A stretch of DNA of 61,236 nt from an uncultured Erysipelotrichaceae bacterium (GCA_902801795.1 CADCJQ010000004.1:1-61236), one strand, 5' to 3'; positions 9,329 to 20,086 are shown, counted from the stretch's first letter. Numbers and translations: made by a program. Notes: generated by a model from the sequence alone, not told the origin.

Positions 9329-10168
9329 CTATTTGATTATATTTTTATTAGTTAATTTCTTTTTACTTTCTTTTTCTAATACTTTTAGACTCTTTTCCGG
9401 GGTTGGTAATTCTTCTGGCATAGTTCCGCCAATATCTGCAATAGCACGTCTTACTTTTTTACCAACCTCATAATGTGTTTGATTTGCATTATTTTCCCCT
9501 TGGATATTATTTTTCTTTAATTTTTGTTCTGTTTGTGAAATTCTAAAAAGATTTACAATTAATTCATCACTCCCCATATTATCAAGAATATCTTCACGAT
9601 ATCTTAATCCTTTTCTTTTAGCAATATCATCCGCCGTTTCACCATTATATAGTCCTTTATATCCATAATTATGAAACTGATCAAAATTTTTAACACCAAC
9701 TTTACGAGCAGTTTGATTTAGCGAGTAATTACCTTTTCTAGTTAATTCTCTTTGATAAAATCTTTTTTCATCTTCTGTTAATAGCATATATTCTTTTTCA
9801 CTTAATTCTTGTTTTCGTGTCTGAACTGCAAAATATGTTTGCGCCTCAGCAATAACTTTTTTCCTACTATCACCATTTTGTGCAATTAAATAACAAGCAT
9901 AGCGAGTCAACTTATAATCAATTGAAGTTTGAATATTGCCATTACCTCCTTTTATCGGTTTACTGACATCAGTAAACTGTTCTAATATGCTATTATTACT
10001 TTGTTCACAAGCAATCTTAGCTTTATCAATTACTTTACTAAAATTTTGCCATTTGGTATATTCTAATAATGGCATTAATTCTCTAGCATACCAATACTCT
10101 CTCCCCTCTTCATCAATATGTTTAATACTTTCAAAAGTAGTATTATTACTTATTTCTAAATCATTCAT
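9329..10168 (-). CDS. dinD: DNA damage-inducible protein D (BRO-like)
   Basis: FESIKH..EYWYAREL..L.Y..W.NF, LTRYACYLIAQNGD.RK..IA.AQTYFAVQTR.QE, GGTMPEELP. Confidence 0.9.
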   Translation of the reverse strand: MNDLEISNNTTFESIKHIDEEGREYWYARELMPLLEYTKWQNFSKVIDKAKIACEQSNNSILEQFTDVSKPIKGGNGNIQTSIDYKLTRYACYLIAQNGDSRKKVIAEAQTYFAVQTRKQELSEKEYMLLTEDEKRFYQRELTRKGNYSLNQTARKVGVKNFDQFHNYGYKGLYNGETADDIAKRKGLRYREDILDNMGSDELIVNLFRISQTEQKLKKNNIQGENNANQTHYEVGKKVRRAIADIGGTMPEELPTPEKSLKVLEKESKKKLTNKNIIK

Positions 10169-10438
10169 TTATATTACCTCCCTTTGAATAGAATAGAAAA
10201 AGGGCATCCCACTTTGCTTAAGTAATAAATAATATTACCAAGTGGCATGCCCGAATAGATATATCTTTCTTGCCTAAGATATAAATTATCGACCTAAATT
10301 TAATTAGCGAGCAATTAGCAAGTAACTCTAACTAAAAAAATGATACCATAATATGCTAAGAGAAGTCAATAACAAATATTTATTTTTCTTCTTTGTTACT
10401 CCTATCAAATATAAATTATGGCATAGAAAAAGAGCTTT

Positions 10439-10855
10439 CTAGCTCCTTACTTCTTTAATTATCTTTTCCATTATGTTATTCGCTTCTATAATATCTTTTA
10501 AATCATGACTTTTAATCAATTCATTTGCTTTATTAATTTTACTATTTAAATTATCAAGAAAAGATTGTTCTACATTCACAAACTTTATTTTCTCCCATGT
10601 TCTTGCTAATTTATCGAATTTATCATATTCTTTATCAATTTCCTTACTAGTCTTCTTAACATAATCAATAATGTCTTTTAATTTACTAATTGCTTTCTTT
10701 AAATAAAATTCATCATTTTTATCTAATAATTCATTTATTTCTTTAATATCTTTATCAAAGATTTTATCAATCATTTCTTGAAATAAAGGATAATCATGCA
10801 TTACTTCATGAAATTCATCCTGTAATTTATCAATTTCGTTATAATAATAATCCAT
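10439..10855 (-). CDS. Hypothetical helical protein
   Basis: 138-aa ORF coupled to the upstream stop. Confidence 0.7.
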   Translation of the reverse strand: MDYYYNEIDKLQDEFHEVMHDYPLFQEMIDKIFDKDIKEINELLDKNDEFYLKKAISKLKDIIDYVKKTSKEIDKEYDKFDKLARTWEKIKFVNVEQSFLDNLNSKINKANELIKSHDLKDIIEANNIMEKIIKEVRS

Positions 10856-12246
10856 TATTTACTTCTTTCTAAGATATCTCTTGCTGATATAAGACCAGTT
10901 GCAGCGGCAATAACAATATTACCAGCTTTACCAGCACCATCTCCAATAAAATAGATATTATGTTCTTTTGCCTTAAATTTATTATCTGTTTCAATTTCAT
11001 TAGAAAAGAATTTAATCTCTGGTCCATAAAGAAGTGTTTCATCATTATTAACCCCGGGGATAATTCGATCAAGGGCTTCTAAACCATCTAAGATATTGGT
11101 AATAATACGATGAGGCATAACAAGGGCTAAATCCCCAGGAACTACATCTTTAAGAGTTGGGGTAATAAATAATTTACTAAGACGACTATCTCTTGTTCTT
11201 CGAAATTTCTTCAAGTCCCCTAATGTTTGTAAAATAGGCTTTGAATCTCCTAAACAATTAGCAATTTTCGCAATACATTCCCCATATTCACGAGTATTCG
11301 TAACTGGTTCTGTTAAATTAATTTTTGATATAAATGCAAAATTACTATTATTTGATTTAACATTTTTTAGAGCATGGCCATTAACACAAATATAACCATA
11401 ATAATTTTCTTTCGTAACATATCCTCCAGGATTAGTACAAAATGTCCTTATTTCATCACCATATGTTTTTGTTTTAATAAAAATTGATGGATCATAAATA
11501 ACACTACATAAATCTTCTAATAATTCACGTCTTACTTCTACACGAACACCTATTTCAATACTTTGTGATAAATAAGGTATTTGATATTTATCTGCTAAAG
11601 CTTGAATCCATTTCGCTCCTGTACGACCAGGGGCTACAATAACATTTTTACCTTGATATTCTATTTCTTCTCTTCCTTTTTTACATAAACAGGTAATCTT
11701 TTTCTTTTCATCAACGATATCACGAACAGTAATACTTTCAACTAATTCAACACCTTTTTCTTTTAAGAAATTAGTAATACCTGTAATATAACCTGGTAAA
11801 TTATCACTACCTAAATGTTTTTGTTTAATTAAAAGAAGTTTTGCGCCTGTTAGAGCCACTTGTTTTTCAATTCTTTTCGCTTCTTCCATATTAGTTGGAT
11901 AAACATCACTATCCATCCCAAAGAAATTAAAGATTTCTTCCGTATCATTCAATAGTTTTTCGGCATCATCACTTGACATATATTTATACAAATCACTTTT
12001 TCCTAATTTAGCAACATAATTAAGTTTACCATCAGAAAATGTTCCAGCTCCTCCAAATCCCGATAAAATACCACATGGATTACAGTTTTTACAATTTGTT
12101 CCAAATTTATTCATCGGACAAACACGATTTTCGGCAAACTTACCTTGATCAAGCAATAATACCTTTAATTTATCATTTTTTGTAATTAACTCATATGCTG
12201 CAAACAACCCTGCTGGACCAGCGCCAACAATTATAACATCATACAT
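10855..12246 (-). CDS. FAD-dependent oxidoreductase/dehydrogenase
   Basis: VIIVGAGPAG Rossmann motif, GGAGTFSDGKL, RTFCTNPGG, GDGAG. Confidence 0.88.
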   Translation of the reverse strand: MYDVIIVGAGPAGLFAAYELITKNDKLKVLLLDQGKFAENRVCPMNKFGTNCKNCNPCGILSGFGGAGTFSDGKLNYVAKLGKSDLYKYMSSDDAEKLLNDTEEIFNFFGMDSDVYPTNMEEAKRIEKQVALTGAKLLLIKQKHLGSDNLPGYITGITNFLKEKGVELVESITVRDIVDEKKKITCLCKKGREEIEYQGKNVIVAPGRTGAKWIQALADKYQIPYLSQSIEIGVRVEVRRELLEDLCSVIYDPSIFIKTKTYGDEIRTFCTNPGGYVTKENYYGYICVNGHALKNVKSNNSNFAFISKINLTEPVTNTREYGECIAKIANCLGDSKPILQTLGDLKKFRRTRDSRLSKLFITPTLKDVVPGDLALVMPHRIITNILDGLEALDRIIPGVNNDETLLYGPEIKFFSNEIETDNKFKAKEHNIYFIGDGAGKAGNIVIAAATGLISARDILERSK

Positions 12247-12360
12247 CTCTACTACCTCACTAAATCATTTTATCATTTATCATTTTCTTATACAATTAAC
12301 TTTACTATAAAAGACATTTTAACATTAAGAAAATTCTAAAAATTAATTTAGAATTTTCAA

Positions 12361-14337
12361 TTATTCATTATTATCCAATACTTTCTTTTCTTCATCAACA
12401 TCATCAATGACATCAATATTATCTACTTCATTTTTAGTATCAACGGTTACTTCTTTATTTTCACTATTTATTTCATTACCATTTTCTTCTTTTACTTCAA
12501 GATTATCTTTAATAATGTTTTTTTCAATACTTGTTAAATTATTATTAACCATTGTTTCACTATCATTAATAATATTGTTATTCTCTTCTTTTTCTTTTTT
12601 TAATTCATCATTATCTTCAAAAACATCTTTTTTCTTTTTATCATTTTTCTTCATAACTAATAAAGTTATTATAGAAATCATTACAATAGCTAGAATTAAA
12701 ATAACTATCCAGAAAAGAATATTTCCTTTACCTTTTTTCTCAATATTAATAAAATATCTAGTTATTGTTCCATCTTCGGCTTTGACATTTACCTTAATAA
12801 CCGAACCATTTATTAAATTCTTATTACCTTCTATGGTTACTTCACTTTTTTCATCTTCCAAAGTTGTTTTAATGTCTAACTTATCTTCATCCTTTATTTG
12901 TAAAGTATAATATTTTGTCTCACTATTAAAATTAAGTTTATATCCTGTTACTTGTAAATCTTTTAAATTAGCATTATTTGATAAAGATTTCTTTCTTATT
13001 ATTGTTAAATTATATGATACCGCATTACCATTAGGAGCCGTTACTACAATACCAATTTCATTTTCTCCTTCTTCTAAAGTATCTAATTTATCAACATCAA
13101 CTTGAGCTTTTTCATTAGTTGCTTTAACACTTACATCAACTTTGGTTATATCATTTTCTACTTCATAAGAATAATAAAATTCATTTTCTTTAATATCTAA
13201 TTTAGTTCCATTAACGGTAATTTCTTTTAAGGTATTATTGCTACTTAATTCTCTTGTAATATTTAAAGTATAAATATTTTCATCACCATTTTCCGCAATT
13301 ACTTTTATTTGTACTTTATTAATTCCTTCAACAAGATTAATATCTTTTTTTGTATAATCAACTTCATACTTAGCTTTTTCATCTTTTAGAGATGACGTTA
13401 TGGTTACTTTTTCAATATCATTAGTTAAAGTTACATTATATTCATTAACTTCTGGTTTAAAATTAATTATTCCTGTTGATAATTTTAATGAACTTAAAGT
13501 ATTTTCTGAACTACGATTATCAGGTCTTTTAATATTTAAAATATAAGTATTATCGTTTCCTGATTCACTTGTTACTTGTATTTTAAAAGTATTAGTTCCA
13601 TATGCTAATTCTTTAGTACCAAGATCTCCTCCAAGTGATGAACGTTCATCTTTCTTTACCGCTTCAATAGTTATCTTATCTTGTTTTCCTTCAACATTAA
13701 CATCATAAGTTTTAATATCTTCTTTAAAATTATTTAATGCATGACCATCTAACTTAATAGCAGATAATGTATTAGTATCAGAGCTTTCTATGAAATATTT
13801 TAATTCCGTATATAAACTATTAGCACAATTACTAGTTTCTTCACCATTTTGACATGTAATAGCATCTTCGCCATCCATTTCATATATTTTAGTATTACCT
13901 ACATTAGCACTATCAAGAACTTGAAACTTAAAGGCAATAAGACGATTACTACCACTTTTAATCACATCATTACATGTATAATTAAGAGTTATTTTATTAG
14001 TACTTTGCACTACATCGCTAACTGTAATTTGATAATCACTATTACTTAAACTATATGGTTTATCACTATCATAATTAACTAATTTTAAGAAATCATTTTC
14101 CCATCGTATAGTTAATTTACCATTTTTAATTTGAAGATTTTGTTCATCCTTACTATTAATAACAGATGTTACATAAATATAATCTCCTCTTTTAACATTC
14201 GTAACTTTTTGACTTGCACTATTTAAATAGTTATAATTTAAATCTTTCGTACTTAAATAATAATCAACTTTTTCAGCTTTAACATCGATAATAACAATCG
14301 ATAATAACATTAATAAAAAATATTTAATTTTTCTCAT
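12361..14337 (-). CDS. Membrane-anchored surface protein with tandem cadherin-like beta-sandwich repeats
   Basis: Signal peptide; about four NTL..I.....F....Y...V...I.V.AE.G...Y.LNI.R repeats; C-terminal TM and acidic tail. Confidence 0.8.
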   Translation of the reverse strand: MRKIKYFLLMLLSIVIIDVKAEKVDYYLSTKDLNYNYLNSASQKVTNVKRGDYIYVTSVINSKDEQNLQIKNGKLTIRWENDFLKLVNYDSDKPYSLSNSDYQITVSDVVQSTNKITLNYTCNDVIKSGSNRLIAFKFQVLDSANVGNTKIYEMDGEDAITCQNGEETSNCANSLYTELKYFIESSDTNTLSAIKLDGHALNNFKEDIKTYDVNVEGKQDKITIEAVKKDERSSLGGDLGTKELAYGTNTFKIQVTSESGNDNTYILNIKRPDNRSSENTLSSLKLSTGIINFKPEVNEYNVTLTNDIEKVTITSSLKDEKAKYEVDYTKKDINLVEGINKVQIKVIAENGDENIYTLNITRELSSNNTLKEITVNGTKLDIKENEFYYSYEVENDITKVDVSVKATNEKAQVDVDKLDTLEEGENEIGIVVTAPNGNAVSYNLTIIRKKSLSNNANLKDLQVTGYKLNFNSETKYYTLQIKDEDKLDIKTTLEDEKSEVTIEGNKNLINGSVIKVNVKAEDGTITRYFINIEKKGKGNILFWIVILILAIVMISIITLLVMKKNDKKKKDVFEDNDELKKEKEENNNIINDSETMVNNNLTSIEKNIIKDNLEVKEENGNEINSENKEVTVDTKNEVDNIDVIDDVDEEKKVLDNNE

Positions 14338-14347
14338 TGATACACCT

Positions 14348-15493
14348 CTATTTATTCTTTTTCTTATTAACTAACTTAATAACAATAATAATAGTTACTG
14401 ATAAAATAATCGCTCCAATAACACAAATTAATACTAAATCATTATTGTTAACATTCTCTATTTTTCTTGGATTATCCTTATCTTTACTAGGAATACTTTC
14501 ACCAAATAATCCCTCACCAAGATAACCTTTTTCTTTTTGTAAAGTTTTGGTTTCACCAATTACTTCATAAACATCATTATTATAATTTTCTTGATATACT
14601 AGCCATCCCTTTAAACTTGGTACATAAATTGATGTATTTTCTTCAGGAAAATCAGCAATTTTAATAATACTATAATCACATTCTGTTCCTTTTTTTATGG
14701 TATTAATTAACTTTTTACCATCTACATCTTCATATAATTTAATATCTTTTTTTAATTTAAGTTTACCATCTAATTTAGGATAGGCGGTATAAATAGAACC
14801 TATAGTACCCTTATAATTAACATAATAATTATTGGTACCATGACTAACGAGTCTTAAATAATCAGTTATTTCTTCATAAGCTGGTATTTTACCTATTACT
14901 TTTTTATTACTATCATAAATATCATTATCATATGGATAAATTAAAATAGCACTATCATCATAAGCAAAAGCCTCATCTTGCCCATTAACCCATCCACCAA
15001 GTCCATTATATTCTGCATAAAACCAATATGTTCCCGCTTGATATGATATATTAATAATACTTCCTTTAGGAATAGTGGTGATCGTTGAAAAAGCAATACC
15101 TGGACCTTTTTTTAATAAGACACCATCTTTTTTCAAAATAATTGCTTCTTTAGTATCAATTTTTTGAACTTCATTACTTGACGTTATATCAAATTCATCA
15201 TTTTTACTAATAACATCATTAGCACTTACATAACAATCATAATATCCTTCCGATGATACACCAACATATTCAACACCAACATCTTCCCAGATTTTAAAGG
15301 TTTTGCCATATGGTACTTTTTTATCTGTTTTTGAAAACGTTCGACCATTACTATCATACTTAATATTATAACAGTAAGCTCCTTCTTTATTAGCAATCAT
15401 TACTTCTTGTGTTACAACACTAGGAGCCCCCATATCCGCTTTAACAACAATTCCCCATAATAATAATCCTAAAAAAATTATTTTTTTCTTCAT
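14348..15493 (-). CDS. Secreted/anchored protein with SH3b-like domain
   Basis: Signal peptide; L.KGPG..F..I.TIPKG....W.Y.EYNG..GWV; C-terminal TM. Confidence 0.7.
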   Translation of the reverse strand: MKKKIIFLGLLLWGIVVKADMGAPSVVTQEVMIANKEGAYCYNIKYDSNGRTFSKTDKKVPYGKTFKIWEDVGVEYVGVSSEGYYDCYVSANDVISKNDEFDITSSNEVQKIDTKEAIILKKDGVLLKKGPGIAFSTITTIPKGSIINISYQAGTYWFYAEYNGLGGWVNGQDEAFAYDDSAILIYPYDNDIYDSNKKVIGKIPAYEEITDYLRLVSHGTNNYYVNYKGTIGSIYTAYPKLDGKLKLKKDIKLYEDVDGKKLINTIKKGTECDYSIIKIADFPEENTSIYVPSLKGWLVYQENYNNDVYEVIGETKTLQKEKGYLGEGLFGESIPSKDKDNPRKIENVNNNDLVLICVIGAIILSVTIIIVIKLVNKKKNK

Positions 15494-15505
15494 ATAAACC
15501 TTCTT

Positions 15506-15862
15506 TCAATATATTATTTTATTAATAACTTCTCCAAGTAAAAAAGAACCTAAATTTAGAATTAATGATAAAAGATATCCATTTATTTTACGTCTTTCTA
15601 AATATTTATTATAAATCATTCCTTCTACAATAACAACAATCACCTCTAAAATACCTAAGGCAATATTGCGATAATATAAACCATAATAGAAATTAATCGC
15701 TACAATGATACTATTTAATAATGGATTTGTTAAGATATTTACTAATAAAACATTAATTAAATCCTTTTTACGATATTTTAAGATAAACGCTATTATTTCT
15801 TCAATGACAATAGTTATTAATAAGCTTTTTAACATTACTATTGGTAAATCTCTAATTAACAT
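15506..15862 (-). CDS. Hypothetical membrane protein
   Basis: Four hydrophobic segments, N.LTNP motif. Confidence 0.7.
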   Translation of the reverse strand: MLIRDLPIVMLKSLLITIVIEEIIAFILKYRKKDLINVLLVNILTNPLLNSIIVAINFYYGLYYRNIALGILEVIVVIVEGMIYNKYLERRKINGYLLSLILNLGSFLLGEVINKIIY

Positions 15863-15994
15863 TTTTATTCTTCCTTAATTCATAATTAACTAAAAAGATA
15901 GTTGTTAAAATAATCATTATAATAATTACCATAGATATAATAAATAACCCTTCTTGATGTTCTAAAAATATTTTATCATATATCCATTTAATCA
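15853..15994 (-). pseudogene. Small membrane protein split by a 1-nt frameshift (coordinates approximate)
   Basis: MIKWIYDKIFLEHQEGLF continues in another frame as YISMVIIMIILTTIFLVNYELRKNKNVN*; overlaps both neighbours in operon style. Confidence 0.4.
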
Positions 15995-17052
15995 TATGCA
16001 TCACCATTTCCTTTTAAAAGATAATTTAAGATAAATGTACAAAGAATTGATAAGGCAACAATCATAATACAATTAACAAGAGTACTAGTAATTTTAATAA
16101 AGAAGATTGGCGCCGTTCCAAGAAATAAACCAATTGTTGTAAGTCCAAAAGCAAGTCCTGGAGTTTTCTTTAGACATGAAATTAAAATACCTAAGGTAAT
16201 CGACATCGTCATTGAAAAGAACATTACACCAATAAGGGATACAATCATCATATTATCACCAATAATCAAAAATGGTATGGCAAGTATGGTACTTAAGATA
16301 GCTACTTTCTTAATACCAAAAGCATCGGATAAAATTCCACCTAAAGCTTTCCCTATTCCCATAATACAAAATAAATAAACATTTTGTAAAATAGTTTTGT
16401 TCCATGATGTGGGAATACCATATCCCATATAACCACGTACTATTACGACAAAAACGGCTAATGCAATGACAATACCAGGCTTGATACCTTTTTTAACATA
16501 ATTAAATTTTTGAAGGCTATCACTATCTTTTCCGTTAAAAGTATCAGCATATAAAATAAATGGTATCATCGTAAGAATAAATGGTAATAAAAGCCAAGGT
16601 GCTAACGATGTTTTAGCAAGAAGCCTTCCTGAGATAACACCAAAACTACCACCTGATACAAACAAAGCACTATGTGATAATTTTCCTTTACTATTTCTTA
16701 ATGTATTCTCTGCTCCTCCTACATGAACAAAAGCATTACCAAAACAAATAATAAATAAAGGAATAAACTTTGATACATGAAAAAAACTAAATATCAACAT
16801 GCCAATAAATAATAGAATAGTTCCAATTAAACTTACTTTAAATTTAGGATATTTATCATTTATATAACCAATTAAACTTTGTGGTACAAAAGCAAAAGCA
16901 TCATATAAAAAAGGCACTAACCAAACTAACATACTATTAGATACTTTTGATAAGAAATAAAAACATACTACTTCCACAACAAAATGTATATAAAAATATA
17001 AATAACCACAAGCAATATTTTCTTCTTTTAAAGTTTCCTTTATCTTCCTCAT
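15988..17052 (-). CDS. MFS-like polytopic membrane protein
   Basis: About 12 hydrophobic segments; G.INDK and GG.LSD.FG loop motifs. Confidence 0.7.
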   Translation of the reverse strand: MRKIKETLKEENIACGYLYFYIHFVVEVVCFYFLSKVSNSMLVWLVPFLYDAFAFVPQSLIGYINDKYPKFKVSLIGTILLFIGMLIFSFFHVSKFIPLFIICFGNAFVHVGGAENTLRNSKGKLSHSALFVSGGSFGVISGRLLAKTSLAPWLLLPFILTMIPFILYADTFNGKDSDSLQKFNYVKKGIKPGIVIALAVFVVIVRGYMGYGIPTSWNKTILQNVYLFCIMGIGKALGGILSDAFGIKKVAILSTILAIPFLIIGDNMMIVSLIGVMFFSMTMSITLGILISCLKKTPGLAFGLTTIGLFLGTAPIFFIKITSTLVNCIMIVALSILCTFILNYLLKGNGDAYD

Positions 17053-17125
17053 ATCTACCTCTACAATGAAGATTATATCATATAAAAAAAGAAAACTCTA
17101 TATTTTTAATAAGTTTTCTTATATT

Positions 17126-17950
17126 TTATTTTCGAATAGCATAACTTTCTAAAGATTTATTCATCTTTTTAGCATTATGATTAGCTTCTGATAATTTCCA
17201 AATATCATAATTTATTCTTTTATATTCCAATCTATTTTTTCCAACGATCATCTCAAACAAAGCATATTCATCAGCATTATTTTCTATAAATACTTCAACT
17301 TCAAATTCTCCCGTACCATAATAAATATTATATATTTGCGATAAGTTACTACTTACATATATATGAAAATTATCATTAGAATAATATATTTTATTATCCT
17401 TTATAAATATCTTTAGTTCTTCCTCATGATTCACTTTAATTTCATCTAATATTTGATTTAAAACAACAATTATTTTATTTAATAAATCTATATATTTTTC
17501 ATCCACATATTTTATATCATTTTTCTCGCTAAATGGTAATCCTGTTATATCTTGTAAATATTCATCATAAATAATAGCCTTCTTTTTATCATTTTTTCCA
17601 ATAACTAAAGCATGATTATTGATAGTAACTAAGTCAGAAATATCTATTTGATTATCATCTAAAATATTTTCAAGTCTTCTTATCGCTCCATTACTTGCTT
17701 CTTGGTTATAATCTCTTATTAAATAGAAAAAAGTATAACGTATTTGATTCATTAAAAACTCATAACCATTTCTTTTAGCAATAATATCACTACTTACTTT
17801 TTTTATATCATCTATTGCATAACTATCTCTTTTAATACGAAATTCGTGATATAAATTTTGAAGTTCATTAATTACATCTAAAGAAATATCTAATCTTCTT
17901 AATTCATTAATTCTTAATATCCCTTTAGTATAAATATCATTTTCAGCCAT
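17126..17950 (-). CDS. Hypothetical protein
   Basis: 274-aa ORF with GGAGGG RBS. Confidence 0.7.
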   Translation of the reverse strand: MAENDIYTKGILRINELRRLDISLDVINELQNLYHEFRIKRDSYAIDDIKKVSSDIIAKRNGYEFLMNQIRYTFFYLIRDYNQEASNGAIRRLENILDDNQIDISDLVTINNHALVIGKNDKKKAIIYDEYLQDITGLPFSEKNDIKYVDEKYIDLLNKIIVVLNQILDEIKVNHEEELKIFIKDNKIYYSNDNFHIYVSSNLSQIYNIYYGTGEFEVEVFIENNADEYALFEMIVGKNRLEYKRINYDIWKLSEANHNAKKMNKSLESYAIRK

Positions 17951-18044
17951 TATTCCCTCCGATAGCTTTATTCTATCATAAAACTAATAAATTAACAATT
18001 ACCTTTTTAGATTATTAGACTTCAAAAAATAACTGAAAGTTCTA

Positions 18045-18196
18045 TTGATATTAATAACATTTTGTGGTATCATTAGTATGTAAGCAAGTTATCTTGCATA
18101 TATTAAAAAGGAACACTTAATTCGCGATGTTGAGTGTTGCCAATATATTTTGCAAATCACCTAACAAGATGCTTTTTGTTAGGTGATTCTTTTTTC
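18045..18196 (+). ncRNA. Putative antisense antitoxin sRNA with promoter and terminator
   Basis: TTGATA-17-(TGn)TATCAT at 18045-18073; internal hairpins; 13-bp terminator aatcacctaacaa/ttgttaggtgatt + T-run; convergent on the 24-aa ORF. Confidence 0.6.
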
Positions 18197-18203
18197 TATA
18201 AAA

Positions 18204-18278
18204 TTATTTATAAAGTAATCCTATAAGTAAAAGGATAATTATAATCAAAAAGAAAATTAATAAATCTCTTTTAGACAT
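18204..18278 (-). CDS. 24-aa hydrophobic peptide, putative type I toxin
   Basis: MSKRDLLIFFLIIIILLLIGLLYK*; GGGAGGAG RBS; promoter TTGCCA-17-(TGn)TAGTAT at 18343-18371. Confidence 0.65.
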   Translation of the reverse strand: MSKRDLLIFFLIIIILLLIGLLYK

Positions 18279-18412
18279 ATTACCACTCCTCCCTTCGTTA
18301 GAAAAGAGGCAATCACCCAACAAATTAAATGATCCTATAAACATACTATCATATAAATGTACTATTGGCAACATTTACTAATAAAAATTTATAGTGCCTT
18401 TAATTAAACTTA

Positions 18413-19309
18413 TTACTTTATTTCAAACATTAATTTAATAGCGTCTTTATATAAATTATATGCCATTTGATAACCTTTATCTTTATTAAAACGAATAAAG
18501 TTATCCATCATTACTCCACTATTCGCTTCCATCACTAACAATTTATTATCTTTTGTATAAATAATATCAACAGATGCAAAAGTAATATCTAATTCATTTG
18601 TTACTTTTAAAGCAAGTTCACTTAATTTCTTTTTCAAATCATCATCAATTTCTAAAAACATTTTCGCACCTTTAGATAAATTAAATTGATAATTAAGAAG
18701 AATTTCTTCACCATCTTCTGGTACGTATTCTAAATTAGAAAAAGTATAAGATTGATAATAGTCATTAAATTTAATTGCCAGTTCTTTTATAGTACTCTTG
18801 CCATCACCAATAATCAATGGCCTTATTTTACCATAAATAATTCTTACTTCATTATTTAAGATAATAACACGATATTCATTTCTAATATCATAATAAGGAC
18901 AAAGTGATATCGAAAACTCTTTTAAAAATAATTCATCTATTACTTTAAATAAATCTTTTTCATTATCTACTTTAAATACTTCATTACCACATGTTCCAAT
19001 ATTACCTTTAACAATTATTTCTTTATGATGATTATTAAAATAATTTAATACTTCTTCCCTATTATATTCTTTAAAAATAACATTATGTTCAATAGTTGGA
19101 ATATTTTTATATCTTAATAAATCAAAGAATAGGCCTTTATCATCCATGATATTACCTATTCCATGATTATTAAGATCAAATTTATATCCTTGAATATAAT
19201 GAATTTTATCATCTTTTTCTAAAATAGTTAACCAGTTATCAGAAAGAAGAGTTACCTTAATTCCTAATTCTTCCCCTATTTTTTTAATTAATTCATTAAA
19301 TCCATTCAT
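18413..19309 (-). CDS. ATP-grasp (RimK/cyanophycin synthetase-like) ligase
   Basis: DDK, K...G..G..V, EYRV, IGDG.STI.EL, NLSKG, SVDI, MEANS. Confidence 0.8.
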   Translation of the reverse strand: MNGFNELIKKIGEELGIKVTLLSDNWLTILEKDDKIHYIQGYKFDLNNHGIGNIMDDKGLFFDLLRYKNIPTIEHNVIFKEYNREEVLNYFNNHHKEIIVKGNIGTCGNEVFKVDNEKDLFKVIDELFLKEFSISLCPYYDIRNEYRVIILNNEVRIIYGKIRPLIIGDGKSTIKELAIKFNDYYQSYTFSNLEYVPEDGEEILLNYQFNLSKGAKMFLEIDDDLKKKLSELALKVTNELDITFASVDIIYTKDNKLLVMEANSGVMMDNFIRFNKDKGYQMAYNLYKDAIKLMFEIK

Positions 19310-19311
19310 AA

Positions 19312-20079
19312 TTATTTAACTGCTTGCCTTTCTACTTCATAAATATCTTTTCTTTTAGAATCATATGTAATATCGTATTCTTTATCCTTTAAGGGATTAT
19401 AATGTACTACATGAATACTTGCCCCAATATCTCTTGATGGACTCTTTATTTTTTCATAAATATCTTTAGGAATTTCACAGATAATTGGGCTTATTTTATC
19501 ATCTCTTATAGTTGGAATAGTGGCATCAAAAAGATAATATTTATCGTTATAAGATAGAAGATTATAAGCATGGGCATCAGTTTTACCATTAACCATAACA
19601 CCAGATACTTTAAAGGTAACATCAAAACCTAAATCTTTTAACAAATTTTGTGATGTCATTGCTCTTTCTATACACATAGCAGCATTCTTATGCGCAAGAT
19701 CTGATACTTTTCCCATTGATGCACCATCTACTACCGTTTCTTCATCTGGAAAAAAAGATAATCTTTCATCGGTATTTGAATAATCACCAAAATAATCAAG
19801 AATCGTTTTTTGAACACATTCTGAATATTCATAAATATTACTTGGTTTTTCTTTTTCTAAGTATTTTTTTAATATTTCATAGGCTTCTTTAATATTACCA
19901 ATTATCCCATAACGCATATCGCCAATACCGGTTTCAATACTTACTTCATCTTCATTATCAAATTTTTCACTATATGATGAGGCATTTCCGCCATAACTTG
20001 CTCCATTAGCATAATTAACACCAATATAACGCATATAATACTCTTTACCGAATTTATCTACAGTAAGATATTTCCTCAT
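19312..20079 (-). CDS. Hypothetical protein, possible transglutaminase/papain-like fold
   Basis: AMCIER...HAYN...LFDAT Cys-His-Asp spacing. Confidence 0.55.
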   Translation of the reverse strand: MRKYLTVDKFGKEYYMRYIGVNYANGASYGGNASSYSEKFDNEDEVSIETGIGDMRYGIIGNIKEAYEILKKYLEKEKPSNIYEYSECVQKTILDYFGDYSNTDERLSFFPDEETVVDGASMGKVSDLAHKNAAMCIERAMTSQNLLKDLGFDVTFKVSGVMVNGKTDAHAYNLLSYNDKYYLFDATIPTIRDDKISPIICEIPKDIYEKIKSPSRDIGASIHVVHYNPLKDKEYDITYDSKRKDIYEVERQAVK

Positions 20080-20086
20080 TCAACAC

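Noticed and set aside
10869-11072. Alternate-frame ORF inside the oxidoreductase; also 60227..60415 and 35444..35626
   Set aside because: Overlap real genes or promoter regions; composition is not protein-like.
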